A stretch of 64,000 nucleotides of DNA from an uncultured Chloroflexia bacterium (GTDB lineage Bacteria > Chloroflexota > Limnocylindria > Limnocylindrales > CSP1-4), in NCBI GenBank assembly GCA_963746845.1, contig CAVVCZ010000004.1, forward strand, positions 1,216,001-1,280,000, written 5' to 3'. The notes below the pieces were generated by a model. That model worked only from the letters and a program-made list of their open reading frames with translations. It ran no database searches and was not told the origin of the DNA. The stretch's first letter is position 1, and every line of letters begins with the position of its first letter. The position numbers were made by a program, and so were the translations under genes. This document shows positions 16,298-26,051 of this stretch, in pieces.

Positions 16298-17005
16298 CTA
16301 GCCGCCGGCGGCGGCGAGGACCGCCGGGACGTCGACCCGGATGCCCGGGCCCATCGTCGTGGCGATCGTGAGGGTCTTGAGGTACTGGCCCTTCGCCCCT
16401 GCCGGTCGGGCGCGGTTGATCGCGTCGACGAGGGCGGCAAGGTTCGCGACGAGCGCCTCCGCCTCGAAGCTCGACCGGCCGAAGGCGGTGTGGACGATCC
16501 CGGCCTTGTCGACCTTGAACTCGACCCGGCCACCCTTGACCTCCTTGATCGCGCGCTCGAGGTCGAAGGTGATCGTCCCGGCCTTCGGGTTCGGCATCAG
16601 GCCACGCCGGCCGAGGATCTTGCCGAGCTTGCCGACCATGCCCATCGAGTCGGGGGTCGCGAGCGCGACGTCGAACTCGAGCCAGCCGGCCTCGATCTTC
16701 TTGACCAGGTCCTCGCCGCCGACCTCGTCGGCACCGGCGCGGAGCGCCTCCTGGGCCTTGTCGCCCTGGGCGAAGACCGCGACCCGGACGACCTTGCCGG
16801 TCCCGTGCGGGAGGACGACCGTGCCGCGGACCATCTGGTCGGCGTGGCGGGGGTCGACCCCGAGTCGGAGGTGGGCCTCGACGGTCGAGTCGAAGTTGAC
16901 GACCGCCGTGTCCCGGGCGAGCGCCGCCGCCTCATCCGGGCTGTAGACCTTCTCGCGGTCGACGAGCTTCGCCGCCTCGAGGTACTTCTTGCCATGCTGT
17001 GCCAT
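16298..17005 (-). CDS. rplA: 50S ribosomal protein L1
   Basis: [24 protein letters not shown]...[10 protein letters not shown]...TMGPG. Confidence 0.98.
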   Translation of the reverse strand: MAQHGKKYLEAAKLVDREKVYSPDEAAALARDTAVVNFDSTVEAHLRLGVDPRHADQMVRGTVVLPHGTGKVVRVAVFAQGDKAQEALRAGADEVGGEDLVKKIEAGWLEFDVALATPDSMGMVGKLGKILGRRGLMPNPKAGTITFDLERAIKEVKGGRVEFKVDKAGIVHTAFGRSSFEAEALVANLAALVDAINRARPAGAKGQYLKTLTIATTMGPGIRVDVPAVLAAAGG

Positions 17006-17012
17006 GTCGGTT

Positions 17013-17050
17013 CGGTCCCTTTCGTCGACTGGCGGTCCAGTCTCCCCCTG
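17013..17050 (-). promoter_or_regulatory. L1-binding translational operator before rplA
   Basis: GGGGAG-ACUGG-ACCG-CCAGU-CG...ACC matches the GGGAG-stem-loop L1 site architecture and overlaps the RBS. Confidence 0.6.
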
Positions 17051-17105
17051 CATGTCCGTTGGTCCCGCGGCCGGGGTGCTGCCGCGAGCGGATCCCCTAG
17101 AGGCG

Positions 17106-17528
17106 CTAGACGACCTCGATGCCCATCGACCGGGCGGTGCCCTCGACCTGCTTCATCGCGGCCTCGATGTCGTTCGCGTTCAGGTCGGTCATCTTCGTCT
17201 CGGCGATCTGGCGGACCTGGTCGCGCGACACGCGGCCGACGGTCTCGCGGCGCGCCATCCCCGACCCCTTCTCGAGCCCGGCGGCCTTGCGCAGGAGGTC
17301 CGCGGCCGGCGGGGTCTTCAGGATGAACGAGAACGACCGATCCTCGAAGATCGTGATCTGGGCCGGGATGATCTGGCCCGACTTGTCGGCGGTCTTCTCG
17401 TTGTAGGCCTTGGTGAACTCGACGATGTTGATGCCGTGCGGGCCCAGCGCCGTGCCGACCGGCGGGGCGGGCGTCGCCTTGCCGGCTGGCAGCTGGAGGG
17501 TCAGGACGATTCGGATCTTCTTGGCCAC
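17106..17528 (-). CDS. rplK: 50S ribosomal protein L11
   Basis: [15 protein letters not shown]...FILKTPPA...[10 protein letters not shown]. Confidence 0.98.
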   Translation of the reverse strand: MAKKIRIVLTLQLPAGKATPAPPVGTALGPHGINIVEFTKAYNEKTADKSGQIIPAQITIFEDRSFSFILKTPPAADLLRKAAGLEKGSGMARRETVGRVSRDQVRQIAETKMTDLNANDIEAAMKQVEGTARSMGIEVV

Positions 17529-17546
17529 GGGACGGGGAATTCCTTT

Positions 17547-18140
17547 CTAGAGCTTCTCGACTTGCAGGAAGTCGAGCTCGACCGGTGTCTCGCGGCCGAA
17601 GATGCTCACGAGGACCTTGACCTTGTTCCGCTCGGGGTTGACCTCGTCGACCGTGCCGATGAACTCGGCGAACGGCCCGTCGGTCACGCGGACGCTCTGG
17701 CCCTTCGTGAAGGCGACCCGGAACTTGGGCGTCTCGACACCCATGTGCCGGAGGATCTGCTTGACCTCGTTCTCGTCGAGCGGGATCGGCTCGCTGCGGA
17801 CGCCCGGGATGTTGGCGCCGCCCACGAAGCTCGTCACCCCCGGGGTGTTGCGGACGACGAACCAGCTGTCCGGGTCGAGGATCATCTCCACGAGGACGTA
17901 GCCGGGGTAGACCTTCTTCTGGACCGTGTGCCGCTGGCCCTGGCGGATCTCGATCTCGTCCTCCATCGGGACGAGGACCTGGAAGATCCGATCCTCCATG
18001 CCCATCGACTCGATCCGGTGCTCGAGGTTCGCCTTGACCTTGTTCTCGTAGCCCGAGTAGGTGTGGATGACGTACCAGCGCTTCTCGGGCGCCTTGCTGG
18101 TCTCGGTCGTGGTCGTCTCGGTCATCGTCGTGTCCGTCAC
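17547..18140 (-). CDS. nusG: Transcription termination/antitermination factor NusG
   Basis: [15 protein letters not shown]...YPGYVLVEM...DGPFAEF...[10 protein letters not shown]; GTG start overlaps the secE stop (alternative ATG at 18125). Confidence 0.97.
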   Translation of the reverse strand: MTDTTMTETTTTETSKAPEKRWYVIHTYSGYENKVKANLEHRIESMGMEDRIFQVLVPMEDEIEIRQGQRHTVQKKVYPGYVLVEMILDPDSWFVVRNTPGVTSFVGGANIPGVRSEPIPLDENEVKQILRHMGVETPKFRVAFTKGQSVRVTDGPFAEFIGTVDEVNPERNKVKVLVSIFGRETPVELDFLQVEKL

Positions 18141-18319
18141 CCGACCAGCCGTCCGACGAGCTGCGCGAACACGAAGTCGAGCAGCGTGATGTACACGCCG
18201 ACGGCGAAGCTGACCACGAAGACGAGCACCGTCAGGTTGCGCACCTGCTGGCGTGTCGGCCAGGAGACCTTCTTCAGCTCGGACCACGCTTCGTTGGCGA
18301 AGCGGCGGATGCGTTTCAC
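18137..18319 (-). CDS. secE: Preprotein translocase subunit SecE
   Basis: ELKKVSWPT plus a single TM helix; position between tRNA-Trp and nusG. Confidence 0.95.
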   Translation of the reverse strand: MKRIRRFANEAWSELKKVSWPTRQQVRNLTVLVFVVSFAVGVYITLLDFVFAQLVGRLVG

Positions 18320-18361
18320 GTCGATTTGGTTCTCAACTACGAAGCTTGACTGTGTGGGCCT

Positions 18362-18406
18362 CTCCGAGGACTGAGGCGACGCTCCTGCGAGCCATCAGCC
18401 CGAGGA
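18362..18406. repeat. 45-bp palindromic (REP-like) repeat, copy C, abutting the tRNA-Trp CCA end
   Basis: ctccga-ggactgagg-cgacgctcctgcgagc-catcagccc-gagga; opposite orientation to copies A and B. Confidence 0.7.
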
Positions 18407-18407
18407 T

Positions 18408-18483
18408 TGGCAGGGGCGATAGGACTCGAACCTACAACCGCTGGTTTTGGAGACCAGTGCTCTGCCAATTGAGCTACACCCCT
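18408..18483 (-). tRNA. tRNA-Trp(CCA)
   Basis: Cloverleaf; anticodon loop CT-CCA-AA; encoded CCA end. Confidence 0.97.
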
Positions 18484-18497
18484 GCGATCGGCCGCCC

Positions 18498-18662
18498 CTA
18501 CTTCGCTTCGCGGTGAAGCGTGTGCCGGCGGTCCCGGGGACAGTACTTCATCAGCTCGATCCGGTTCGGATCGTTCTTCTTGTTCTTGCGCGTCGTGTAC
18601 GTCCGCTCCTTGCACTCGGTGCAGGCGAGCTGGATCGTCGGACGCGCTTCGACTCGAGCCAT
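18498..18662 (-). CDS. rpmG: 50S ribosomal protein L33 (zinc-ribbon type, CxxC...CxxD)
   Basis: [18 protein letters not shown]...[14 protein letters not shown]. Confidence 0.96.
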   Translation of the reverse strand: MARVEARPTIQLACTECKERTYTTRKNKKNDPNRIELMKYCPRDRRHTLHREAK

Positions 18663-18669
18663 GTCGTCC

Positions 18670-19866
18670 CTACTCGACGATCGTGACGATGGCGCCGGCG
18701 CCGACGGTCCGGCCACCCTCGCGGATGGCGAACCGCTGGCCGACCTCGAGGGCGATCGGGGTGATCAGCTCGACGCTCATCTCGACGTTGTCGCCGGGCA
18801 TGATCATCTCGGCCCCGTCGGGCAGCCCGATCGCACCGGTCACGTCGGTCGTGCGCAGGTAGAACTGCGGCCGGTAGCCGTTGTAGAAGGGGGTGTGGCG
18901 GCCGCCCTCCTCCTTGGTCAGGACGTAGACCTGCGCCGTGAACTTCGTGTGGGGCTTGACCGAGCCGGTCTTGGCCAGGACCTGGCCGCGCTCGATCTCC
19001 TCGCGCTCGATGCCCCGGATCAGGCAGCCGACGTTGTCGCCGGCGCGGCCCTCGTCGAGGAGCTTCTTGAACATCTCGACGCCGGTCACGACGATCTTGC
19101 GGGTGGCCTTCACGCCGACCAGCTCGACCTCGTCGCCGACCTTGACGATGCCGCGCTCGATCCGCCCGGTGGCGACCGTCCCCCGGCCCTTGATCCCGAA
19201 CACGTCCTCGACCGGCATGAGGAACGGCTTGTCGATCGCCCGCTCGGGGGTCGGGATGTACGCGTCGACCGCGTCCATCAGCTCCTGGATCGGGGCGTAC
19301 GCCGGGTTGGACGGATCGTCCGGTGCCTCGAGCGCCTTGAGGGCGCTGCCGCGCACGACCGGCAGGTCGTCGCCCGGGAAGTTGTACTTGCTCAGCAGCT
19401 CGCGGACCTCGAGCTCGACGAGGTCGAGCAGCTCCGGGTCGTCGACCATGTCGACCTTGTTGAGGAACACGACGATGTACGGGACCTCGACCTGGCGGGC
19501 GAGCAGGATGTGCTCGCGGGTCTGGGGCATCGGGCCGTCGGTCGCGGCGACGACGAGGATCGCGCCGTCCATCTGGGCGGCACCGGTGATCATGTTCTTG
19601 ATGTAGTCGGCGTGGCCCGGGCAGTCGACGTGGGCGTAGTGGCGCTTGTCGGTCTCGTACTCGACGTGGGCGATCGCGATCGTGATCCCGCGCTCCCGCT
19701 CCTCGGGGGCGTTGTCGATCGTGTCGAACGCGCGGTACTCCGCCTCGCCCTTCAGGGCGAGGTACTTGGTGATCGCCGCGGTCAGGCTCGTCTTGCCGTG
19801 GTCGATGTGGCCGATCGTGCCGATGTTCACGTGCGGCTTGGTGCGCTCGAACTTCTTCTTGGCCAC
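18670..19866 (-). CDS. tuf: Elongation factor Tu (second copy, tRNA operon)
   Basis: Protein identical to 2139..3335; GTG start. Confidence 0.99.
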   Translation of the reverse strand: MAKKKFERTKPHVNIGTIGHIDHGKTSLTAAITKYLALKGEAEYRAFDTIDNAPEERERGITIAIAHVEYETDKRHYAHVDCPGHADYIKNMITGAAQMDGAILVVAATDGPMPQTREHILLARQVEVPYIVVFLNKVDMVDDPELLDLVELEVRELLSKYNFPGDDLPVVRGSALKALEAPDDPSNPAYAPIQELMDAVDAYIPTPERAIDKPFLMPVEDVFGIKGRGTVATGRIERGIVKVGDEVELVGVKATRKIVVTGVEMFKKLLDEGRAGDNVGCLIRGIEREEIERGQVLAKTGSVKPHTKFTAQVYVLTKEEGGRHTPFYNGYRPQFYLRTTDVTGAIGLPDGAEMIMPGDNVEMSVELITPIALEVGQRFAIREGGRTVGAGAIVTIVE

Positions 19867-19926
19867 GAGACCGTTTCACTCCATTTCAGGCGCGGCTTCG
19901 CCGCAAGGGTGCCCCTGGGGCTTGGG

Positions 19927-20002
19927 TGGAGCCCACAATCGGACTTGAACCGATGACCTCTTCCTTACCAAGGAAGTGCTCTGCCAGCTGAGCTATGTGG
20001 GC
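19927..20002 (-). tRNA. tRNA-Thr(GGT)
   Basis: Cloverleaf; loop TT-GGT-AA; CCA end. Confidence 0.96.
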
Positions 20003-20024
20003 CCGAGTCCAGTCGCGGGATCAG

Positions 20025-20109
20025 TGGTGGGCAGGGAGGGAATCGAACCCCCACAGTCAGAGACGGCTGATCTACAGTCAGCGGAGCTCACCACCTGCTC
20101 AACCTACCC
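20025..20109 (-). tRNA. tRNA-Tyr(GTA)
   Basis: Loop CT-GTA-GA, long variable arm, CCA end. Confidence 0.93.
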
Positions 20110-20173
20110 ACTGGATGAGCGACGAGTCGAGACTGCGGCCCCGTGGTGAACCCATCGCCCGGACATCTGCACT

Positions 20174-20249
20174 TGGAGCCGACGACGGGACTCGAACCCG
20201 GAACCGGCGGTTTACAAAACCGCTGCTCTACCAATTGAGCTACGTCGGC
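20174..20249 (-). tRNA. tRNA-Thr(TGT)
   Basis: Cloverleaf; loop TT-TGT-AA; CCA end. Confidence 0.96.
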
Positions 20250-20293
20250 GCGGCGCAGGGCCATACCGCAGAAGGACCCTTCGGCGCCGGGGA

Positions 20294-20323
20294 ATGATAC
20301 GGTCCGGCCAACGGGCCGGTCAA
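20294..20323 (-). promoter_or_regulatory. Promoter of the tRNA-tuf operon
   Basis: TTGACC, 18 nt, TATCAT. Confidence 0.65.
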
Positions 20324-20339
20324 GCGCGCCGGAGCGAGG

Positions 20340-22283
20340 TCAGCCGCCCCCGGGACCGCCCGGCAGCAGGTCGTCCGATCCGCCGCCGGCCGCCGCCTCC
20401 GGCTTCCGCCTTGTCCCCGTCGCCGGCTTCGCCTTGGTCGCCGGCCTCGGCGTTGTCGCGGCCTTCGCCTTGGTCGCGGCCTTGGCCTTGGTCGCCGGCT
20501 TCGGCTTGGTCGCGGCCTTCGCCCTGGTCGCGGTCTTCGTGGTCGACTTCGACGTTGTCGCGGCCGTCTTCGCCGGCTTCGACTTCGCCGTTGCGCCCGC
20601 CCGCGGCGACGCGGGTGCTGCGACCGTGGCGGACGCCTTCGTCGATGTCGCCTTCGCTCGCGGCTTCCGGGCGGGCTGTGCAGGCTCGGCCGCGGCCACC
20701 GGCTCGGGTTCGGCCGCCCGCGGCGTCCCGGCGTCGTCCCCGACTGCCTCGATCGCCGACACGACCGGAGCCGCCGCGCCGGCCGGACGCTGGGCGACCG
20801 CGGCGAAGAGGAGGATCGAGCCGGCCACGGCCGCGTTCAGGGACTGCACCGCCCCACGCATCGGGATCCGGACCGCGAGATCGGCGCGCCGTCGGATCGC
20901 CGGCGACAGGCCCTGGCCCTCGCTGCCGACGACGATCGCCAACGGGCCCCGGAGGTCCGCCTCGGCGGCCGTCAGGGGTGCGTCCGCCTCGGCCGCAGCG
21001 ATCCGGAGTCCGCGGATCCGCAGGTCCGACATCGTCCCCGGCAGATCGTCGACCGGGCAGAGCAGGAGGTGCTCGACGGCGCCCGCCGAGGCCTTGACGG
21101 CGGCCGGACTGAGCGGCGCCTGATGATGAGTGGGAAAGACGACGCCGTGGACGCCGGCCGCCTCGGCGCTCCGGAGGAGCGTGCCGACGTTCTGGGGGTC
21201 CTCCAGCGAATCCATGACGAGGACGAACGGCGGCTCGCCCCGCTCGACGGCCCGGGCGAGGATGTCGTCCAGGCCGGCCCACGTCCGGGGCTCGACGACG
21301 AGGGCGATGCCCTGGTGGCCGTCGAAGCCGGCAATCGAGGTGAGCGTGCCGCCCTCCACCTCGACGACGGGGATCCGCAGGCTCGTCGCGTGGAGGACGA
21401 GCCGTTCGAGCGCCTGCCGGCGCTGCGGCACGACGAGCAGACGACGGGCGGGCCGCTTCGCGACGAACGCCTCCTCGACGGGCCGTCGACCGGCAATCAG
21501 CTCCTCGTCGGCACCGAGGAGACCGGCTTCGGCGAGCGGAGGCCGGACGGGCGCGCCGTACGGTGGCCGCGGCGGCCGATCGGGACTGCCATGGGCCGGT
21601 CGAGGAGGTCGAGGCGGGCCGCCATCCGGCGGTCGCGGCGGTCGATCCTGCCACGGACGCGACGGGCGGCCGCCGGCGAACGGCGGGGGCCCACCGGGTC
21701 GCGGCCGACCCGGCGCGGGTCGCGCGGTTCGTGGCCACGACCGGTCCCCGGCGTCGGGGTTCGGACGCGGCGGCCCATCGGCGCGCGGACCGGATCGGTG
21801 GTCCGGGCGGACTCCGGGCGGTCGATCCTGACGGGGTGCCTGGTCGAAGTCCCGACGGGGACCATGTGGCGGCGGGCCGTGGCGGCCGCGGTCGGGGCGG
21901 AACCCGCGATCGGGCCCGGCATGGCCACGATGGTCGCGGGCCGGCGGGCCGCTTCTCGGCGGGCCGCCGCCGGGCCGGTGGTCCGGTCGGGCATCATCGG
22001 CGGACGATCGCGGACGCGGATCACCGTCGGCGCTGAAACCGAACCCGCGCCGGCCTCGGTCGTCGAACCCCGACGAGGGATGCGGTCGCGGACCGCCGGA
22101 CGATCGCGGCGGCCCGGCATGGGACGCGCCGCCCGACCGAGGAGCTGCGTCGCGGTGGCCGTGCTGGCCGCCAGGCCGTCCGGATCCGACTGGCTTGCGC
22201 GATCCGCCGGGCTTGCCGGACTTGCCGGGCTTGCCGGACTTGCCGGGCTTGCGGCCGCTGTCTCCCTCCGGCCGGTCAGCCAC
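20340..22283 (-). CDS. rlmB: 23S rRNA Gm2251 methyltransferase RlmB with long low-complexity N- and C-terminal extensions
   Basis: SPOUT core HQGI, DSLEDPQNVGTLLRSA, VGSEGQGL, IPMRGAVQSLNAAVA; follows cysS; GTG start overlapping the end of cysS. Confidence 0.92.
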   Translation of the reverse strand: MADRPEGDSGRKPGKSGKPGKSGKPGGSRKPVGSGRPGGQHGHRDAAPRSGGASHAGPPRSSGGPRPHPSSGFDDRGRRGFGFSADGDPRPRSSADDARPDHRPGGGPPRSGPPARDHRGHAGPDRGFRPDRGRHGPPPHGPRRDFDQAPRQDRPPGVRPDHRSGPRADGPPRPNPDAGDRSWPRTARPAPGRPRPGGPPPFAGGRPSRPWQDRPPRPPDGGPPRPPRPAHGSPDRPPRPPYGAPVRPPLAEAGLLGADEELIAGRRPVEEAFVAKRPARRLLVVPQRRQALERLVLHATSLRIPVVEVEGGTLTSIAGFDGHQGIALVVEPRTWAGLDDILARAVERGEPPFVLVMDSLEDPQNVGTLLRSAEAAGVHGVVFPTHHQAPLSPAAVKASAGAVEHLLLCPVDDLPGTMSDLRIRGLRIAAAEADAPLTAAEADLRGPLAIVVGSEGQGLSPAIRRRADLAVRIPMRGAVQSLNAAVAGSILLFAAVAQRPAGAAAPVVSAIEAVGDDAGTPRAAEPEPVAAAEPAQPARKPRAKATSTKASATVAAPASPRAGATAKSKPAKTAATTSKSTTKTATRAKAATKPKPATKAKAATKAKAATTPRPATKAKPATGTRRKPEAAAGGGSDDLLPGGPGGG

Positions 22284-23688
22284 GGCTCGGCTCCAGGAGC
22301 CGCCGCCAGCGCTGGCCGTCGCGGGTGTCCTCCACGGAGATCCCGATCGCCGCCAGCTCGTCGCGCAGCCGGTCGGACGCCGCCCAGTCACGGTTCGCCC
22401 GCGCGGCGGCGCGCTCGTCGAGGAGCCGTCGGACGTCGTCGCCCAGCTCGTCGGCCGGGTCGGGCAGCACGCCGAGCACCTCGTCGAACGAGCGCAACGC
22501 CTCGAGCGCCCGCTCGGCGTCCGCCGTCGAGAGCGCCCGGCCGTCGATCCGGCGGTTCAGCTCGCGGACCAGGTCGAACACGACGGCGAGTGCAACGGAC
22601 ACGTTGAGATCGTCGTCCAGTGCCGCGCCGAAGCCGGCGTCCGCGTCGTCGAGCAGACCGGCCAGGCTCGCGTCGTCCGGCCCGTCGTTCCGATATGCCC
22701 CGAGGGCAGAGACGGCGGCGTCCAGTCGGTCGAGCGCCGCGCCGGCAGCGGCCAGCGCCTCGTCGCTGTACTGGTTGGCAGCGCGGTAGTGGACCGAGAT
22801 CAGCGCGTAGCGGAGCGCCCGTGGTGCCACGCCGGCGTCCAGCAGGTCGCCGACGCGGGCGATGTTTCCGGTCGACTTCGCCATCTTCGCCCCGCTCGAC
22901 TGGAGGTGGGCGCAATGGAGCCACGTCCGGACGAACGGCTGGCCCGTCGCGGCCTCGCTCTGGGCGATCTCGTCCTCGTGATGCGGAAAGATCAGGTCGA
23001 CCCCGCCCGTGTGGATGTCGAACGACGGCCCGAGATGCTTCATCGACATCGCGGAGCACTCGATGTGCCAACCGGGCCGGCCAGGACCGATCGCGGTGTC
23101 GAAGGTGGGCTCGCCGGGCTTCGGGCCCTTCCACAGGGCGAAGTCGCGGACATCGTCCTTCGCATAGTCGTCGCTCTCGACCCGCTCGCCGACCCGGAGC
23201 TGGTCGGGATCGAGCCTCGCGAGCCGCCCGTACGCCGGCCACGACGCGATCCGGAAGAAGATCGATCCGTCGTCCGTCCGGTAGGCATGCCCGCGATCGA
23301 GCAGCGTCCGGATCAGGGCCACCATCACGTCGATGTGGGCGGTCGCCCTCGGCAGGACGTCGGGATGCGTCATCCGCAGCCGCTCGGCGTCGTCGAGGAA
23401 GACGGCCAGCCAGCGATCGGCCAGCTCGCCGATCGTCGTCCCGGCTTCGGCCGCGCCGCGGATGATCTTGTCGTCGATGTCGGTGATGTTCATCACCCAG
23501 GTCACGCGCAGGCCGCGGCGCCGGAGGTGCCGGACCAGCAGGTCGGCGAACAGGAAGCTCCGGAAGTTGCCGATGTGGGCCGGCCCATAGACCGTGGGAC
23601 CGCAGCTGTAGATCCGGACGTGACCGGGCTCGAGCGGATCGAGCGGCCGGGTCTCGCCCGACAGCGTGTCCTGGAGGCGGATCGTCAT
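22276..23688 (-). CDS. cysS: Cysteine-tRNA ligase
   Basis: YSCGPTVY, HIGN, DFALWK, GRPGWHIEC, KMAKS; ATG at 23688. Confidence 0.97.
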   Translation of the reverse strand: MTIRLQDTLSGETRPLDPLEPGHVRIYSCGPTVYGPAHIGNFRSFLFADLLVRHLRRRGLRVTWVMNITDIDDKIIRGAAEAGTTIGELADRWLAVFLDDAERLRMTHPDVLPRATAHIDVMVALIRTLLDRGHAYRTDDGSIFFRIASWPAYGRLARLDPDQLRVGERVESDDYAKDDVRDFALWKGPKPGEPTFDTAIGPGRPGWHIECSAMSMKHLGPSFDIHTGGVDLIFPHHEDEIAQSEAATGQPFVRTWLHCAHLQSSGAKMAKSTGNIARVGDLLDAGVAPRALRYALISVHYRAANQYSDEALAAAGAALDRLDAAVSALGAYRNDGPDDASLAGLLDDADAGFGAALDDDLNVSVALAVVFDLVRELNRRIDGRALSTADAERALEALRSFDEVLGVLPDPADELGDDVRRLLDERAAARANRDWAASDRLRDELAAIGISVEDTRDGQRWRRLLEPSRG

Positions 23689-24909
23689 CGCGGGTCGGAC
23701 GCGCGCGGGCCGCCTGCCAGCGTCACGATCGCCAGCGCCGAGCAGCCGCGACCGGCCCCTTCGAACCCGGCCAGGTTGCCCGTGGACGCTTTCACGTTGA
23801 CCGCGCCGGCGCCGGCCCCAACGAGCTCGGCGATCCGGGCCGCCATCGCCGGCAGCGCGTCGCCGAGTCGCGGCCGCGCGGCCACGACCGTCACGTCGAC
23901 GCCGGACACGTGCAGGCCCGCCGCGTCGACCCGGCGGACGATCTCCTCCAGGAGGTCGCTGCTCGCGACCCCCCGCGGCGTCTCCGGTCCGGCCGGGAAG
24001 AGCCGGCCGAGGTCGCCGAGACCTGCGGCGCCCAGGATCGCGTCGGCGACCGCGTGGAGCACGACGTCGCCGTCCGAGTGGCCGGACAACCGGGGAGCGC
24101 CCGGGATCGTGACCCCGCCGAGCACGAGCGGAGCGTCGGGCCCGAACGGGTGGAGGTCCTGGCCGATCCCGACGCGGACGATGGATGCGGGCGTCGCTCC
24201 GCAGGGCCGCCTCGACGCGGTCGAGGTCGCCGGGCACCGTCACCTTGAGGTTGGCGGGGTCGCCTGCGATCGCATGGACGGGAATGGTACAGGCCTCCAG
24301 CAGGGCGGCCTCATCGGTCCAGGCCTCGGGCCCGGCCGGCGGGAAGCGCTCGAACGCCGAGCGGAGCAGCCCGCGCCGCACGCCCTGCGGGGTCTGGGCG
24401 GCGGCCAGGCCCTCGCGGTCGACGGTGCCCCCGATCAGCCCGCCGTCGACGCGCTTCAGCGTCTCCGTGACCGCGACGACCGGGATCGCGGCGCCGTGCT
24501 CGCTCGTCGCCGCCACCACCCGCGAGACGAGCTCCGGCGCGACCAGCGGTCGGGCGCCGTCGTGGACGAGCACCACCCGCTCGTCGACCGGGCCCGTGCC
24601 GCCGAGGATGTCGAGGGCCGCCAGACCGGCCGCCACCGACTCGTGACGACGGGACCCACCCGGGACCACCGCCCGGACGGCCTCGGGCAGCCAGTCGGAC
24701 GCCACGATCCGCTCGATCCGTTCGGGCGCGGTCACGAGCGCGATCGACTCCACCTCCGGGCTGGCCGCGATCGCGATGAGCGCGTACGCCAGCAGCGGTC
24801 GGCCGGCGACGACGCGGTCGAGCTTGTCGATCCCGTGCATCCGTCGCGAGGACCCGGCCGCGACGACGATCGCGTCGGCGATGGGCGTCTCGGAGGTCGC
24901 CGCCGCCAT
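23685..24909 (-). CDS. ispDF: Bifunctional IspD/IspF (MEP pathway), with an apparent +1 frame break near 24185-24200
   Basis: IspD motifs (AAGSSRRM, RHESV, VHDGARP, QTPQ, TDEA, NLKVT) in one frame; IspF (RVGIGQDLH, GHSDGDVVLHA, LGDLG, VNVKAST) in the +1 frame with no start codon of its own. Confidence 0.85.
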
Positions 24910-24922
24910 CGGCCCGGGGACG

Positions 24923-25981
24923 TCAGTCCAGCCGGGGCTGGGCGAAGATCATCCGGCCCGCCACGGTCTGGAGGACGCGCGTGACGGACACGTCGAGGTC
25001 CTTGTCGATGTAGCGCACGCCGCCCTCGACGACGATCATCGTCCCGTCGTCCAGGAACCCGACGCCCTGGCCGGCCTCCTTGCCCTCCTGGATCACCCGG
25101 ACCCGGAGCTCCTCGCCGGGGAGCACGGCCGGCTTGACGGCGTTCGCGAGCGAGTTGATGTTCAGGACGCGGACGCCCTGCAGCTCGGCGACCCGGTTCA
25201 GGTTGTAGTCGTTGGTCAGGATCGCCTTCGATCGCGCCCGGGCCAGGGCGACCAGCTTCGCGTCGACCTCGGCGATCTCCGGCAGTGGCTCGTCGACGAT
25301 CTCGATCGGCGTCGGCGAATCCTTCTGCATCTTCGCGAGGATCTCCAGACCGCGACGACCGCGGTTGCGCCGGAGCGTGTCCGAGCTGTCGGCGATGTGC
25401 TGGAGCTCGTCGAGGACGAACTTCGGAACGACGAGCGTGCCGTAGATGAAGCCGGACTCGACGATCTCGGCGATCCGGCCGTCGATGATCGCGCTCGTGT
25501 CGACGACGATGTGGGGATCGCCGGAGGCGGACCCGCGGCCCGTCTCGGGCACGGGTCGGCGGACCAGCCCGATGGCCTCGGCGGCGATGATCAGGTCCTC
25601 CCGTTTCGCGACGGTCAGTCCGAGCATCCCGAGGCCCAGGAACAGGGACACCCCGAGGGGCAGCCACGTCCCGAGCGGATCGGGGAAGGCGGACAGCGGC
25701 AGCCCGAGCAGCAGCCCCATCAGGAGCCCGATCAGGAGGCCCGCGACGGCGGTCACGAACTCGGCGGTCGAGAGCTGCTCGATCTGGCGGAGGACCCAGA
25801 CGGCGGGCACCACGGTCAGGTACGGGAGGATCGCGAAGCCGACGACGATCCACGCGACGACCCAGGCGAAGAGCAGCCAGCCGCTGTCCGCCGACTGTTC
25901 GAACAGGTGCGCCGACGCTGCCAGGCCGAGCCCGACGAGCCCGCCGAGGGCGGCACCGAGGAGGCGGATGTTGCGGATCAC
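24923..25981 (-). CDS. Membrane PIN/TRAM domain protein (YacL family)
   Basis: 4 TM helices, DTSAIIDGRI, RGRRGL, TNDYNLN, GKEAGQGVGFLDDGTMIVVE; radA-yacL-ispD synteny. Confidence 0.92.
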   Translation of the reverse strand: MIRNIRLLGAALGGLVGLGLAASAHLFEQSADSGWLLFAWVVAWIVVGFAILPYLTVVPAVWVLRQIEQLSTAEFVTAVAGLLIGLLMGLLLGLPLSAFPDPLGTWLPLGVSLFLGLGMLGLTVAKREDLIIAAEAIGLVRRPVPETGRGSASGDPHIVVDTSAIIDGRIAEIVESGFIYGTLVVPKFVLDELQHIADSSDTLRRNRGRRGLEILAKMQKDSPTPIEIVDEPLPEIAEVDAKLVALARARSKAILTNDYNLNRVAELQGVRVLNINSLANAVKPAVLPGEELRVRVIQEGKEAGQGVGFLDDGTMIVVEGGVRYIDKDLDVSVTRVLQTVAGRMIFAQPRLD

Positions 25982-26051
25982 GTGGTCCTCGCGTCGTCCC
26001 TCTCGAGGCGCCGAGGCCCGTCGCCCTCGCTCACGCCGCAGCGGCCGTACC

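Noticed and set aside
22276-24909. 877-aa IspD-CysS fusion suggested by the ORF track
   Set aside because: The middle part is out-of-frame ispF, and cysS has its own ATG overlapping the ispF stop.
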